64,000 bases of DNA from Eledone cirrhosa (Eukaryota). Both the position numbers and the translations under genes were made by a program. Location: assembly GCA_964016885.1 (NCBI GenBank), contig OZ024742.1, forward strand, positions 336,226,001 to 336,290,000, given 5' to 3'. Under the pieces are notes generated by a model. The model searched no databases. It saw only the letters and a program-made list of their open reading frames with translations, and had not been told where the DNA came from. The number at the start of each line of letters is the position of its first letter. Positions within the stretch are counted from its first letter, which is position 1. Of this stretch, positions 27,219-40,779 are shown piece after piece.

Positions 27219-27489
27219 GAAAAGTGTAAGTGAACAGGTTAAAATTAACTCCATTTATCATAATCGCTGTTATATATATTTCGGTTATAACAATTATTCA
27301 GCAGCTATGACCTCATCAGACAGCTATAACTTGAACAGAAAGCAACAATGATGAAAGCTAGTTTATCTCTGTTGACTTACACTTCTTGTTTTTAAATTAC
27401 TCCGGAGTAAATAGACCTACCTGCGCACTTCGTTGAGTGCTCTACGCTGCATACTGAAGTGTCGGTAACTAACCAACACATACTAAATT

Positions 27490-27624
<135 letters not shown>

Positions 27625-27627
27625 ACA

Positions 27628-27670
<43 letters not shown>

Positions 27671-27672
<2 letters not shown>

Positions 27673-27867
27673 AACATCTTATACATATCGCTAACGAGTC
27701 GATAAAATATCGTTCCCTTGGGATATACGAAATCTCAAGCAACTTAATTATAAGGAGCCTGACCAGGCTCTTTATATTTAAGTTACTTGTATTTAAGTTG
27801 CTTGAGATTTTATATATCCCAAGGGAACCATATTTTATCGACCCGTGTGATATGTATAAGATGTTCT
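27671..27867. repeat. ~200-bp imperfect palindrome next to (TA)n
   Basis: Arms AGAACATCTTATACATATC... / ...GATATGTATAAGATGTTCT; centre GAGCCTG-AC-CAGGCTC. Confidence 0.85.
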
Positions 27868-28124
27868 ATATGTATGTTTGCTTCTCTGAATAGGGTGTCG
27901 TAAAGATATCTTTTCATAGAGTTGTTATGTATATTCGTGACGAATTTTAATTGTGAATAATTATATATATATATATATAAAATTATGTGTGTGTGCACGC
28001 ATGCATGTATGAGTATATATATATATGTGTGTGTGTGTGTGTGCATGTATGTACGTATGTATGTATGTGTATAGATATGTGTTTTGTGTGTGTGTGCGTG
28101 CGAGCTTGTATGTATGTATTTGAG

Positions 28125-28378
28125 AAGCCGCTTGGCTTTGTCGTTGATGTTCGGCTTACAATCTTAAGGTCATGAGTTGGGTTCCCGGTGGTGCCATAGT
28201 GTTTTCTAGCAACACAATTTATTTCACGTTGCTCCTGCCACTCTAAATTCTGTCCCGTTAAATTGTCCTGAGAACTACGTGCCTGTGTAATGATCAACCA
28301 TTTACATGTTAATTTCGCGAGTAGACTGTTCTCTGGATCAATCAATTGGAATATTCGTTGTCAGAACCGATGGAGGTC
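28125..28378 (+). mobile_element. Decayed CORE-type SINE
   Basis: Similar to 26585-26897. Confidence 0.55.
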
Positions 28379-28406
28379 CAGCATACGTACGTATGCATGT
28401 ATATAT

Positions 28407-29200
28407 CTCTTTCTCTTAATTTCGAGTATATTTTTTTGACCGGCCACCTTCCTGGTGGCAAAGTTGTAAGAAAAGAAATTGTCATCCCTTGAATCGCAAG
28501 AATGTTTTGCAAATTTTGAAGGTGCCAGCTATCGCAGCCATGTGTAGCCTATGAATAAGGGAGCTGCGCTCTTTGTCCGCAAATCCAAGTTCAGTCATAC
28601 TTTGGTCCAAGCGGGTTGGTATATAACCCGTAGCTCCAATAATGATGGGTATGAAGCTAAAGGTGTATCTTGGATACTGGATTTGTAAACTCCTCATCAA
28701 TGGTCCATAGATGTCCTCCTCCTTCTGTATTTTTCTGACAACGTTTACACAAGTGGGCAGCTGATCTCTACAACAGAACACGTTTTCAATGTGTGGTCCC
28801 AAACTACAATATCAGGTATTGTGCTTTAATTTGGTGGCAGTTTTTATTTTCAGGTTCCACCAGTATTCCTTAGTGCCATCTGTCTCAATATATTCTTCCT
28901 CGTTTGTTGTTAATTTTGTTTTCCGAAGAGCGCTCCAGATGGTTCTAGCCATCCCATTGAGTCTCACGGGGAGGTAGTAGCGAGATGATATTCTTTCGCA
29001 GCTGGCAACAATGTGGCTTACATCCTCGATCTTTGTTTTACATAGCCTACATTTATTGTCAGCTGATGGCCCTCTCCTTTTGTGCAGCAGATATTTGGTA
29101 GGGAGTTCTTGTTCCTGTATTGCATAGAGATATCCCTCAAGGTGTGATGTCATAAATTTGTCGGAACTCCATGCCAGGCGTTTTGAGTGGTTTATCCACT
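28407..29200 (-). mobile_element. R4/Dong-clade family B, 5'-truncated
   Basis: EGYLYAIQEQELPTKY, CRLC...EDVSHIVASC, KEYWWN, FIPIIIGATG, KICKTFLRF; flanked by TATG-type repeats. Confidence 0.85.
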
Positions 29201-29242
29201 GTATGTATGTACGTATGTATGTATGTATGTATGTATGTATGT

Positions 29243-29472
29243 TTCTCTTTCTCTTAATTTCGAGTAGATTTTTGACCGGCTACCTTCCTGATGGCAAGGT
29301 TGTAAAAGAAATGAAATTATCATCCCTTGAATCCCAAGAATGTTTAGCCAGTTCTGAAGGCGCCAGCTATCGCGGCCATTTGTCTATGAATTAGGGAGCT
29401 GCTCTCTTTGTCCACAAATCCAAGTTCAGTCATAATTTGGTCCAAGCTGGTTGGTATCTAACCTGTAGCTCC
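29243..29472 (-). mobile_element. R4/Dong-clade family B, short 3' fragment
   Basis: Homologous to ~28407-28637 with the same 3' end; (TATG)n on both sides. Confidence 0.85.
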
Positions 29473-29562
29473 ATGTATGTATGTATGCATGTTTATATTA
29501 TGTATGTATGTATGTATGTATGTATGTATGTATGTATGTATGTATGTATGTATGTATGTATG

Positions 29563-29868
29563 TTCTTCTGGTTTTATAATTTCACAAATTTTTACCAATA
29601 GAGAGAGAGTCGGTTTCTAACATAGACACAAGACTCTCTCATTGGAATTTACACATCAACTAGGTAGATATGTATGTATGTCTGCATGTGTAGATATGGA
29701 TGTTATTGTATGTGTGGATGTGTATGTTTTGAGTTGTATGTGTGCATGTGTATATGCTTTGTAACTGTAGATGTGTATATGCAGTTATTAGATGCAACAT
29801 TTTTGGAATGTTTTACATATTTTTACTGTTCCATTAATGGATTGTACTTGTAATTTCCTAACTAATTT
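29563..29868 (-). mobile_element. R4/Dong-clade family A, short 3' fragment
   Basis: Reverse complement of ~24833-25140; (TATG)n on both sides. Confidence 0.9.
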
Positions 29869-30299
29869 CCTATGTATGTATGTATGTATATATGCATGTT
29901 TATATGTATGTATGTTTGTTTGTATGCATGTATGCATGCATGCGTACATGTATGTGTGTATGTATGTATGTATGTATGTATGTATGTATGCATGAATGTA
30001 TTTGTGTATATATTTATATATGTATCAATATGTCTCACATCTGATCAAGTGATCAGATGTGAGACATATTTATTTAAGTGCTCGTGTATGCAAACATAGG
30101 TGTGTGTGTATGTGTGTGTGTTTGTGTTCGTTTGTGTTTGTCTGTGTGTCGTCTGATTGGAGCATAATCATTTGCTGGCTAAGTTCGCTTAATAAAGGAA
30201 CTCACTCAGCAAGGGCTTTTAAATTACTTTTTAGTTTTAAGTTGTGTGTTTTTAATTAGAGCCTTTATAGACACACACACACACGGACACAGACACGCG

Positions 30300-30343
<44 letters not shown>

Positions 30344-30729
30344 TATATAATCTTGTGTGTAGCGTTGTATTTAACAAGTAGTAAGAGAGCTCGCCATCCG
30401 CAATCGCTTGAGTTACACTTGGTGTCTCGTCATAAACATATCCTAGATGATGTTAAGTACACACTGTTGCTGAGAACACGACACTCGTTTTGTAATATTA
30501 CAACCTATTGTTCAAACTTACAGGCTCTATTGAGTGGCTGGATGCATCTCATCGTGGCATCAATGCTCTTATCAGCGCTGTAAATTCGTGTGTTGGTGTG
30601 TGTACACGCACCTCCATCCATACACCAATCCATCCATCCATCCATCCATATATCCATCCATACATACATACATCCATACATACATACATACATATATACA
30701 TCCATACATACATACATACATATATACAT

Positions 30730-31152
30730 GATGGCTGCAAACTCTGCTAAGAGTATTGCTATCGCTTGAAACAGATCCTGAACAAGCAATGCCTGGCTTT
30801 GAAAACTTTTTTAAGTGGGGAAAGGTCTTGCACTCGACCAATCCCACTCTCTGAACATCGAAAACACTACTCGAAAAGGAGAACTTGTCAACATCATCGG
30901 ATGCTTCCGATGCCGCAGGTCTTTTCCAGGGTTTCTCTCTCTTAGAAAGGTGTTGTGACAACAACTGCGGGCCTTTCACTCCCAGGTTTAAAAGAAGACA
31001 AAAAATCTACTATTTGGATGGCCGTTGACTCTGCTGAGTTCCTCCGCCATTTGCCAGGTCTTGTATTTCATACCGCAGGCTGTCCAAATATTACCCTCCT
31101 CACCAAGCAAGCTGGGTGGGGTTGCCGGTTTAGTCACCGACGACCCGACCAT
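30730..31152 (-). mobile_element. Non-coding retroposon in (CATA)n, subfamily B
   Basis: Homologous to 61642-62127; shares end motif and GGTCG.GTCG...GGCAACCCC block with subfamily A. Confidence 0.65.
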
Positions 31153-31166
31153 ATACATACATACAT

Positions 31167-31596
31167 GGTGGCTGTCAACTCGTTTTCGAGTACGGCCACT
31201 ACTTTATATCCATGTAGGAGAACCCCTACCGATGCGCTGAACGAGTGTGACTTTTTAGTCCAGCCAGCGACTTGAAAACTCTGGTACAAACACTACACTT
31301 GTGACAATTATTGACACATAGTGCTGGGCCCATGGTACCACGTGACGACAAGTGCAGAGAGATCTCCAGATATAAAGCAATGCCTGTGCTGTGAAGCTTT
31401 TATAGTGAGCAAAGGCACTGCACAAAGCCAGTCCCACTCTCTTAACCAAGATGATATTTACCAAAAAGAAGAACAAGTCAACATCATTGGATACCATCAG
31501 AGTTGCAGGTGTTATATCAGAGTATTCCTTCTCCTAGAATTCTGCCTTGACAAAGGCTAAGGGGTCATCTCTCCCGGTGATTTTGGATGGCCATTG
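31167..31596 (-). mobile_element. Non-coding retroposon in (CATA)n, subfamily A, truncated
   Basis: Reverse complement of ~14101-14527. Confidence 0.7.
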
Positions 31597-32145
31597 ACAT
31601 ACATACATACATACAAACATCCATACATACATACATACATACATACATACATACATACATACATACATACATACAGACATCCATCCATCCATCCATACAT
31701 ACATACATACAAACATCCATCCATCCATACATCCATACATACATACATACATACATACATACATACATACATGTCCTCACATTACAGTAAGCCTTCCTCA
31801 CTATTACGCTCCGCCCCAATAATGAAATGACTCACTGACCAGCATCGATACAAGTGTAAATATCAGTTGAGCTAGATTACATATTGACATTATTCAGTGT
31901 CGTTTAAATGGAACACATCATAACTTTACAACCCCAGGCTTATTGTATTGATCTACATCAACTGGTATATGTACACACATACTCTCTCACACACCCACAC
32001 CCACACACACACACACGCACACACATATATACATATATACACATGTGTGTATATATATATGTACATATACGTAAGTTATGTGTGTGTGTGTGTGAATCGG
32101 CAGCACACTCGATGTGAATCGATGTGAAGCATCGATTATGTATAT

Positions 32146-32146
32146 G

Positions 32147-32197
<51 letters not shown>

Positions 32198-32199
32198 GT

Positions 32200-32244
<45 letters not shown>

Positions 32245-32274
32245 GCCATTACTACTACTACTACTACCACCACC

Positions 32275-32340
<66 letters not shown>

Positions 32341-32345
32341 GCCAT

Positions 32346-32384
<39 letters not shown>

Positions 32385-32510
32385 AACCACCACTACTACT
32401 ACTACTACTCCTACTACTACTACTACTACTACTAGTATTGCTACTGCTGCTACTTCTGTTGCTGCTTCTGGTGGTGTTGCTAGTTTTACTGCTGTTACTG
32501 CTACTTCTGA
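32146..32510. repeat. (TAC)n/(CAC)n microsatellite
   Basis: Direct inspection; explains the poly-L and poly-V ORFs. Confidence 0.9.
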
Positions 32511-32585
32511 TAGTTATATAGAATAAAAAATATAGTAAGAATGATTATGATTATGATGATGATGATAATAATAATTATAATAACG

Positions 32586-34625
32586 ATTTCTTTATTAACC
32601 ACAAACGGTTTACATCAAGAAAAACATTATGACAGCACAGGACAAAACATAGAGCGTGTGTATGTGTGTGTGTTGATGTGTGGGTTTTGTGTGTAAACAA
32701 ATTATGACAATGTTAAAGGAAGAAGGTAACAAAATTAAATTATGGGTGGTTTCTCAATAGGGAGCAGACTTTCGAGGTCACTCGTGTAAAAAAACCATAA
32801 AACCACGCGTGCCCTGATCTCTAGTGTAAATGCCCTGTCCCAATTGTACTCCTCCAAACCACAGGTTCACATTCAGAGTGGGCCGATTCTCTTCCCATCT
32901 TTCAACAAATTGTTTTGAAGGCAGCACTTCCTTTTCCACACTGACTTTATCTTCAAGTGAAACCTGAAGAATTTAATCAGGACTTCGCCAAAGAGGAAAG
33001 GGTTCGTCTTCAAACCTATCAAGCGTATCCACCATACAACCTCTTTTACCATAACTACGAGACATAAAAACGGCCTGCCTTTCTGGACTAAATGAACTCG
33101 GTTGATAACCGCATTTGTCCTATACGCGACAGCAGGTGTTCGACATAAACAATTCAGCAATGCTCAGCTCACGGCTCTTCCATGCCTGTAAAGTTTATCT
33201 CGAACTGGCAAAGCTCCTCTGTAGCACTGTCAGGTCAGGGATTTCTGGAAATTATCCATGGGTCCTGGCCCGAAAGTCATTTCGAAAAGAGTGTCTAGTT
33301 GATTTTCGTCGATGTCTAGAGTTTCCCAAAGAACGTCATCGTTTTCATCCACCACTAACCCTCTATAGAACGCCCGATTGGCGGAAGGCTGTAAGCGCCT
33401 AAAGACATTCTAGTTTCCAAGCGACCCCCCCCCCCCATCCTCGGCCCCCGCTTGACCCAGGACTGCAGCTCCGTTAAGGATACAAGCTGGGGAAACATGC
33501 ATCTGGTGAACGGCGACTACACCTGTTCACCGTTAAGGAAAAAATAATGTAGCCTCAGCGCATAATCAGTCACGGCATTCCAAGTCCTCCACGCAGCGTG
33601 TGTTGATAGCAGATGGACAGCTTGACCATCGGAACGCATCCCTTCCACAAGAAGCGGAAGATCAAATGCTCTGGTGCAGTCAGACGAGGTTGGGGACAAG
33701 GCACGATGGTCAGGCGATAGTAGATGACTTACGCTATGTACGCTTTCACCACCTCTGCCCTACCTTTCAGGGTTAGCTTTCTCTCGGTCCATTTCTGGGT
33801 GAGACTGGCCACTCTGTTCGTCACCTCGTTTCAGTTTCTGTCCATTTGGAGGTCGGGACCAAATCAGATCCCGAGTAATTTAACCGGCCCGTCCGACCAC
33901 GCTGTTGGAGAGCATGGAACTGCCTCCCCATGTGCCGAGTTGCAGGCACACGGACCTTTCCTGGTTGATTTTCGCCCTCGTCAGCGCTTTGTTTTCCACC
34001 AGAGCAGTGCCGATCACCTCACTATGTTTGGTGTTCGACACTACGACCGTGTCCTAGTTCACGCGGGATAATTCTCAACATCTCTAATTTGTGTAGTAGT
34101 GGCTCGAGAGTCAATACATACAACAGGGACGAGTGAAGACAGCCTTGGCGGACCGAATGCATGAAGTTGAACAGTTCCGAGAGGTGACCGTTCACTCTGA
34201 CCACAGAGCAGATGTTACTGTGCATAGCAGCTATTCTGCGTCTGAAAACAAGCCGCAAGCCTGCTGCTTTGAGGACCGCCGCTAGGTACCGATGGTCGAA
34301 CGCCTTGCATTGAACCAAGTTGATCAGTGTCCCACCCGTGCCAGGTTCTTTAACCACCCTCTCTATGATGTAGCGCATGAAATGGAGGTTGTCATGGATG
34401 GATCTCTTTAGAATGGCACATGTCTGCGCCTCCCTTGACACACCACCGACGACAAGCGCCAACCTTGTTGCTAACACCGTGGCCAAAATTTTGAACTCTG
34501 CATTTAGCAGAGTTATGGGCCTAAATTATCTATATTGACCCCCTTGTTCGGGTCTTTTCTCAGCAGCGCGACCACTACACAGCTTACAGGATGGGAATTC
34601 TCCAGTTGCAGTAGATGTCTGCCAA
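32586..34625 (-). mobile_element. Decayed, deleted Tx1-clade L1 copy flanked by (AAT)n
   Basis: AQTCAI..RSIHDNLH.MRYIIERV, SVRQGC..S.LLYVLTLEPLL and KEVVWW.RL.GL match ORF2 of the element at 35-38.7 kb; 3' end AATAAAGAAATC. Confidence 0.85.
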
Positions 34626-34654
34626 TAGTAGTAGTAATAATAATAATAATAATG

Positions 34655-34830
34655 TTTTAACTTTTGGCACAAGGCCAGCAATTATACCAGTGCATTACTG
34701 GTACTTTATTTTATCGACCCCATAAGGATGAAAGGCAAAGTTAACCTCGGTGGACTTGAACTCAGAACGTAAAGCTCTATAACTCTATGCTGCAAAACAT
34801 GGTGTCTGACGCTCTACCGATACTGCCAAA
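34655..34830 (-). mobile_element. MetaSINE-like tRNA SINE
   Basis: Reverse complement of the 21812-22008 type. Confidence 0.7.
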
Positions 34831-35244
34831 GCAATAATAATTACAAGACCGATAAAAATGATATAATGAAGGCAATATTACTTTCTTGGAGTTTCTAATC
34901 AATAATGACATTTATTGATTTGGTTTCCCTTCTATTCTATATAGATAATAGGGGTTAGCGATAGATAGATAAATAGATATGTTTCTTTTATTTGCCACTA
35001 GGGCATCAAAAGTGGGACAAGTACAAAGGGGGGAGTTTACACAAAAAGGCGTCCTCAATAAGGAAGAGGCAATAACAAAATATAAAAATAAAATAAGATA
35101 TAACAAAAAATAAAATTTATAACAAAATCCTCAATAGAGAGGAGGCGCCTTGGGGGGGTCGCACACACCCCCGAAAAAAGTGTGCAACCCTTCTCCTCAG
35201 GAGCACAGAGAAGGGGTGCTCCCTTGGTCTTTCATCTTCCTCAC

Positions 35245-38200
35245 CTATAGTCTGATGTAGAGTGAAGGCCCATTCACACGGGCCATTCTCGCCACTTTCA
35301 CCCATCTTTCATAGAAACGGCTGGGGTGCAGCACCTCTCTCTCCATCCTGATCCTTCTTCCGAAATGATATCGGAAGAAACGGACCAGTTGTTGGCCAGA
35401 GAGAAAGGTGCCTGACCTCAGTCCTTTCAGACGCGTTCACCACACAACCTCTTTCGCCATGGCTATTACGCACAGAAACACCGCCTCTGCTTCATCTTTG
35501 AAGGGGGGAGGCGGCTTGATCATTACAATAGACTCGGTGGTCAACCGGATCGGTCCCACCCTTGACAGCAGTTGTTCGACATAGCCCCACAGATCGGCTA
35601 CGCCCGAGCAGTGTACCAATGCGTGTGCAACGGTTTCCTCGTCGCACACGCATCTGGGACAGATCTTTTTGGCGGGGTCCCTACCCGGGCGCCCGTGTCT
35701 GTAGAGCCTTTCTCGAACGGGTAAAGCCCCTCGGTAGCACTGCCAGGCCAGGGACTTCTGGAAGTTGTCCATAGGTCCCGGGCTGAATGTCCTACCGAAC
35801 AGGCTGGCCAGTTCGTCCTCCTCCATGTCTAGGGCTTCTCCGAGGGCGTCGTCGCACCTGCTGCGTACCAGCCCTCTATAGAATGTTGCGGTGGAGTCTC
35901 CACTGATAACCGGATCCGCCTGCCAGAGGGCGGTGAGCGCCTGGGCACACTCAGTGTGCCAGGCGCCCAGTTTTCTCGGTCTTTGCTTGACCCAGGATTG
36001 CAGCTCGGTGAGTGAGACGAGTCTGGGAAAGGTTCGTCTCACAAACGAGGCCCACACCGGTTGTCCGGTGAGGAATACGTAGAGGTGCCGTAGCCTTAAT
36101 GCGTGTTTACGCATCATTAGCCACGGCATCCCCAGCCCTCCTTTCGAAGGGTGTTGACAGCAGATGGATCTCCTCACCATAGGAGCCCGCCTCTTCCAAA
36201 GGAATTGGAAGAGCGCGCGCTCCATCTTGGTGAGGGTTTCCCTTGGGCAGGGCACTACGGTCAGGCGGTAGTAGATGACGGACGCTATGTAGGTGTTCGC
36301 CACCTCCGCCCGACCTTTCAGGGATAGTTTGCAACTGGCCCACTTCTGGGTCAGTGCAAACACCCTGTTCGTAACCTCCGCCCAGTTTTTCTCCACCCGG
36401 AGGTCCGGTCCGAACCAGACCCCGAGCAACTTCACCGGGCCCTCCGTCCAGCGTCCGACGACGCCATCGGAGGGCATCGGTCTGCCCCTCCACGTGCCGA
36501 GTTGCAAACCGATCGACTTGTCCCGGTTCAGCTTAGCCCCTGTGAACTTTTCGTACTCCTCCAATAAGGTGCCGACCGCCTCGATTTCGGAGGCCGTCGA
36601 CACCATTACTGTCACGTCATCGGCGTAGGCCGACACCGCTTTCCGCAATCCCGGTTCCAAAGGGATGCCCTGCAACAACTCCAACTTCCGCAGTAGTGGC
36701 TCGAGAGTCAACACATACAGAAGGGAGGAGAGAAGGCACCCTTGTCGGATGGACCGCGCGATTTTGAACGGCTCCGAGAGGTAGCCGTTCACCTTGACCC
36801 TAGAGCAGATGCGGCTGCTGTGCATAGCAGTGATCCAGCCCCTGAAAACGGGTCCGAAGCCTGCCGCCGCTAGCACCGCATCCAGGTAACCATGGTCGAC
36901 CCTATCGAACGCCTTAGATTGATCCAAGTTGATCAGAGCCCCACCAAAGCCGGGTTCGTTCCCAACCCTCTCTATGATGTATCGCATGAGGTGGAGGTTG
37001 TCATGGATGGACCTGGACGGGATAGCGCATGTCTGCGCATCTCCCACCAGGTTGCCCACGACAAGCGCCAACCTCTTTGCTAGCACCTTGGCCAAAATCT
37101 GTAACTCTGTATTTAGCAGAGTTATGGGCCTGAAGTTACTTATTTCGTCCCCCTTGTTCTCGTCCTTCCTCACTAGCGTGACTACGCCCTTGGTCACAGT
37201 ACAGGGAATTCTCCCGTTCTGTTGCCAGTTGCAGTAGACCGCCTCGAGGAGATCGGGGAACAAGTCCGGCATAGCTAGATATAATTCGTAAGGAAGACCA
37301 TCGAGACCCGGGGATTTGCGTTTGCCGCATTGGCTCAGCACGTCCTCTATCTCAGCGGCCGAAATCGGCTCCTCGCAGGACTTCGCCTCCCTGTCCGAGA
37401 GGCGCGGCAGGCCGTCGAGGTATGGACCGAAGTCCACGTTCCCAACCGGCTCCCCGCCCCTCCCGAACAGTCGGGCAAAGTGCCTTTGAAAGGCCTCACA
37501 CATCTGCTTAGGCTCAAGAATCGCCCGTCCATCCAGGTCTCGCAAAGACCAGATGGTGGATTTAGTTCCACTGTTGGCCTCTGTCACGCGGGCCCAGCTA
37601 ACAGCTTTGGTCCCCTCGTTCCCTAGAGCACGTATTTTACTTCGGACAACGCAGCCTTCGTGCTTCGCGTCGAAAAACTGGCTCAAAGCCGTTCTCGACG
37701 CTAGCACTCTGGCCACGTCGCCGCTTCTAATTGGCTCTTCTACTCTATCTATTAGCTCCCTTTCCTTCCTATTCCTATCCGCAGCTAGAACCTTACTAAA
37801 TTCTATCGAGACTACTCTAATCTCTCTCTTTAGAGATACCCACCACCTGTTGTTGACGATCGCTCCAGTCAACCGTTCTTTAACTAACGTACTAATCCGA
37901 TTCCTGTAGGCTCTACTTGCCGGCAAGGACAAGTTGAGCTTCCAGTAACCGGGGCCCTGTCTATGAGTTCTGTCAAGGTTGACCATGCAGGTCACTAATT
38001 TGTGGTCTGAATAGCCAACCATGCGCATTTTTGGACAACTTAAAAAGTCCTTATCCTTAATTCTAACTAAGAACCTATCTAGGTACGACCTAGATGATCC
38101 GCTACGATTTGCCCAAGTCCAGGTTGGCGCAGTCGGAAAATCTAGTCGATATCTATCGGCCAGGTCAAATCGACCGATTAACCCTTTGAGGCTATTACAC

Positions 38201-38682
38201 CCCTCTCTATCGGGGCAGGCCCCTACGTAGTCCCAGCGTGCATCTAGGATACCATTCCAGTCCCCCACTAATAGCAAGGAGCGGGACGTCCCTAGAAAAG
38301 TCTCCAGACGATGGAAGAAGTCCGGCCGCATTGACCCGAAAGGGCCGTAGGCGGCTACCAACCTAAACGCTCCGCCTTTACTACTGCCAAGGTCCAGAAC
38401 CACTAGTCGACCCTCCGGGTCCAAATGTACCATCTGTGTTGCGAGACCCAGATGTTTTTGCAGCAGAACGACAACTCCACCCCCACCTCCAGGCTGACAG
38501 AGAGATGCGTGCATCTCAAAGTCATCAAAGGTGGGGGCCAGCTGTCGCACGTTGCTGATCCGGGCCTCGCAAATAACCATCACATCTATACGTTGTGACC
38601 TGAGGTCATTTAGAAGCATTGCTTGCTTCCAAGTTGAGCCCAGGCCACGCGCATTTAAACAGCCTACTCTTAGCATAGCCAT
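35245..38682 (-). CDS. Tx1/L1 ORF2: APE endonuclease, reverse transcriptase and C-terminal CCHC; one in-frame TGA at 35437-35439
   Basis: LNARGL, GDWN, SYLDRF, SDHKLV, GPGYWKLN, KSPGLDGL, FRPITLLN, DQSKAFDRVDH, RQGC.LS, AYADDV, CPRC...ETVAHALVHC. Frame stays open 63 codons past the TGA to TAG at 35245. Confidence 0.92.
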
Positions 38683-38706
38683 GTTGGTGGTGAAGAGAAA
38701 AGGCAC

Positions 38707-40504
38707 TTACCTCTCTGCGTCCCGGGTATCGGGCTGCACAATTTCCATTAGGGTGGGGGATGGGTTGTTGGGTGGGGTGGTGGTTTGTGGAAGTGTGGGG
38801 GCATCAGTGTGTTGTGTTGTTGGGGAGCTTGGAGTTGTGTGGGTGTTTGGGGAGGGGGTGGGATAGTTTTTTAGGAGGACGCGGTTAATGGGCACGACGC
38901 AGGGGGGACCCACGTCCTCTTTAAAATTGTTTTTTAAAGTTTTATAGGTGTCCTGTGGGGCCTTAATCATTTTGAGGTGGGGGAAATCCCCTGCCTGGGT
39001 GAAGTTAGGCCCTTGTGTTTTTATTAGATTGTTGTTGTACACAATGTTTAACAGTTTTTTGTTTCTTGTATTTATGTATGTGTATGCATGTTTTTGTTTT
39101 TGTGTGGTGTTTTTTGTTTGCTGTTGTTGTGAGCTCTTTTGTGTTGGTGTCAGTGTTATGTTTTGGGGAGGGGTTGTTTTCATTTGTGTGTCTGAGGTGT
39201 GTTTTCTTTTTTTTCTTTTGATTGTGTGGAAGTGCTCCTCCTCGTCTGACGACGAACTAGGGTCATCTTCCGCGTTGGAGGGGAGGGGTATATTTTCGGG
39301 TTGTGTTTGCGGTACGGGTGTTTTGGAAATTGTTTTTGTTTTTTGAGTGGAGGGGATGGGTTGGACATTGTTTTGTTTTGGTTTGAGCTGTGGTGGTTGT
39401 TTTTGTAGTGGTTGTTGTGGTGATTGTGTTGGTTGTGCAGTTGTTGGTGGTGTAGGCAGGATTGGGGTTTTCTTATTAAGTTGGGGACAGACAGCCCTCA
39501 GGTGACCTCTGGTTCCGCAGAGGTAACACGAGGGCCGTCTACCCTCAACGGTAATGTTGATGAAGGTTAGATCATCCAGTATGACGCGTTCAGGGATCTG
39601 GGCGATCCTTTCGGGCCTCATTTGAACTACAAGTTCGAGGCTCGTTCCACTGAACGCGTCACCCGATGCCTTTCCCATGGACACCAGCATGTCATCCTCC
39701 AGGTCCAGAAAACCTGTCAAAACCCACCATATGTCCATAATCGGCAGGATGGTGTGGATTTTTATTTTTTGTGTTCTTCTACCCATGTACGTAGGGTAGA
39801 AGGTGTATGCGGTGGTTGTGATTGGTTTGATGGACAGTTTCACTGCTGTGTCCCTGTCCTTCATGAGAATGGATAGACTCCCGTAGAGTCTATCCTTCTG
39901 AATGAAGGTGATGTCCTTCATGACGTCTTTTAAAACCAGCTCTATCTCGCTCTGTGATGGTTGAGCTGGTTTTTTACTTTTGTTCGAGATTGTCCTAAAC
40001 ATGACCGTGTTTAGGTGTCTCTGGCTTTTTAGTTCCGGGGGGGGGGGAATGGATTGTGAATGAACCATTTTCCCCGTACACTATATATTTTTTCGCATCC
40101 GCCAGTAGCTCCTTCGCTTTTGTTATATCTACTGGCAGATAGTCGAGGGTTTTCCTTGTGTTCTCGGCGAAGGAGAAATTTTGTTTGTTTGTGTTGTTGT
40201 TGTCGTTGGTGGTGTTGTTGTTATCATTGTTGTTGTTGTCACCGTTATTGGTCTTGTTGTTGTTGTTATTGTTATTGTTATTGGTGTTGTTTTCGTCCGT
40301 CGCATTGTTGTTGTTGTTGCTGTTGCTGCTGATTCTTTGGGTTGTTGCCATGGCAACGTCAAGTTGTCGGTTAACAGGTGGAGAGAATTCTTCCTCTGGC
40401 TGACCTTTCTTCTTGACCTCTGCTACTGTGACAGTGGCAGGGGGAAGCTGTAAGTTCATCTTCCCCTTTCCTCCTTCGAATTTTGGTGAAGAAGCTTCGG
40501 CCAT
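38707..40504 (-). CDS. Tx1/L1 ORF1 nucleic-acid-binding protein; one frameshift in a G11 run (40037-40047)
   Basis: ORFs 39995-40504 and 38707-40068 join at the homopolymer; CYLCGTRGHLRAVC zinc knuckle; Asn-rich and Pro/Thr/Gln-rich tracts. Confidence 0.8.
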
Positions 40505-40779
40505 TTAAAAAAATATTGACTTTTCAACAAGAAAAAACTTTTTTTTTGTTTAACTATTTCGCCCAAAGGCGTAGAATATTTTGAGAGACTGACCAGATCA
40601 AAGTTTGACCTGGCAGTCCCTCTACAAAATGGTACAAAAATTAAAGTTATCAGACAAGAATTTCTATAGTAATTTAAACAGAACTTACTCAGCAAGTTAT
40701 ACGCGTGTGTCCATCCCAGAGAGATTGATAGATAGATGTATAGATGGATAGATAGATAGGTAGATGGATAGATGGATAG

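Larger units (their letters stand above)
34981..40724 (-). mobile_element. Near-intact full-length Tx1-clade L1 retrotransposon flanked by (GATA)n
   Basis: 5'UTR, ORF1 with zinc knuckle, ORF2 APE-RT-CCHC, 3'UTR ending AATAAAAGAAAC; GATA repeats at both junctions. Confidence 0.92.
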
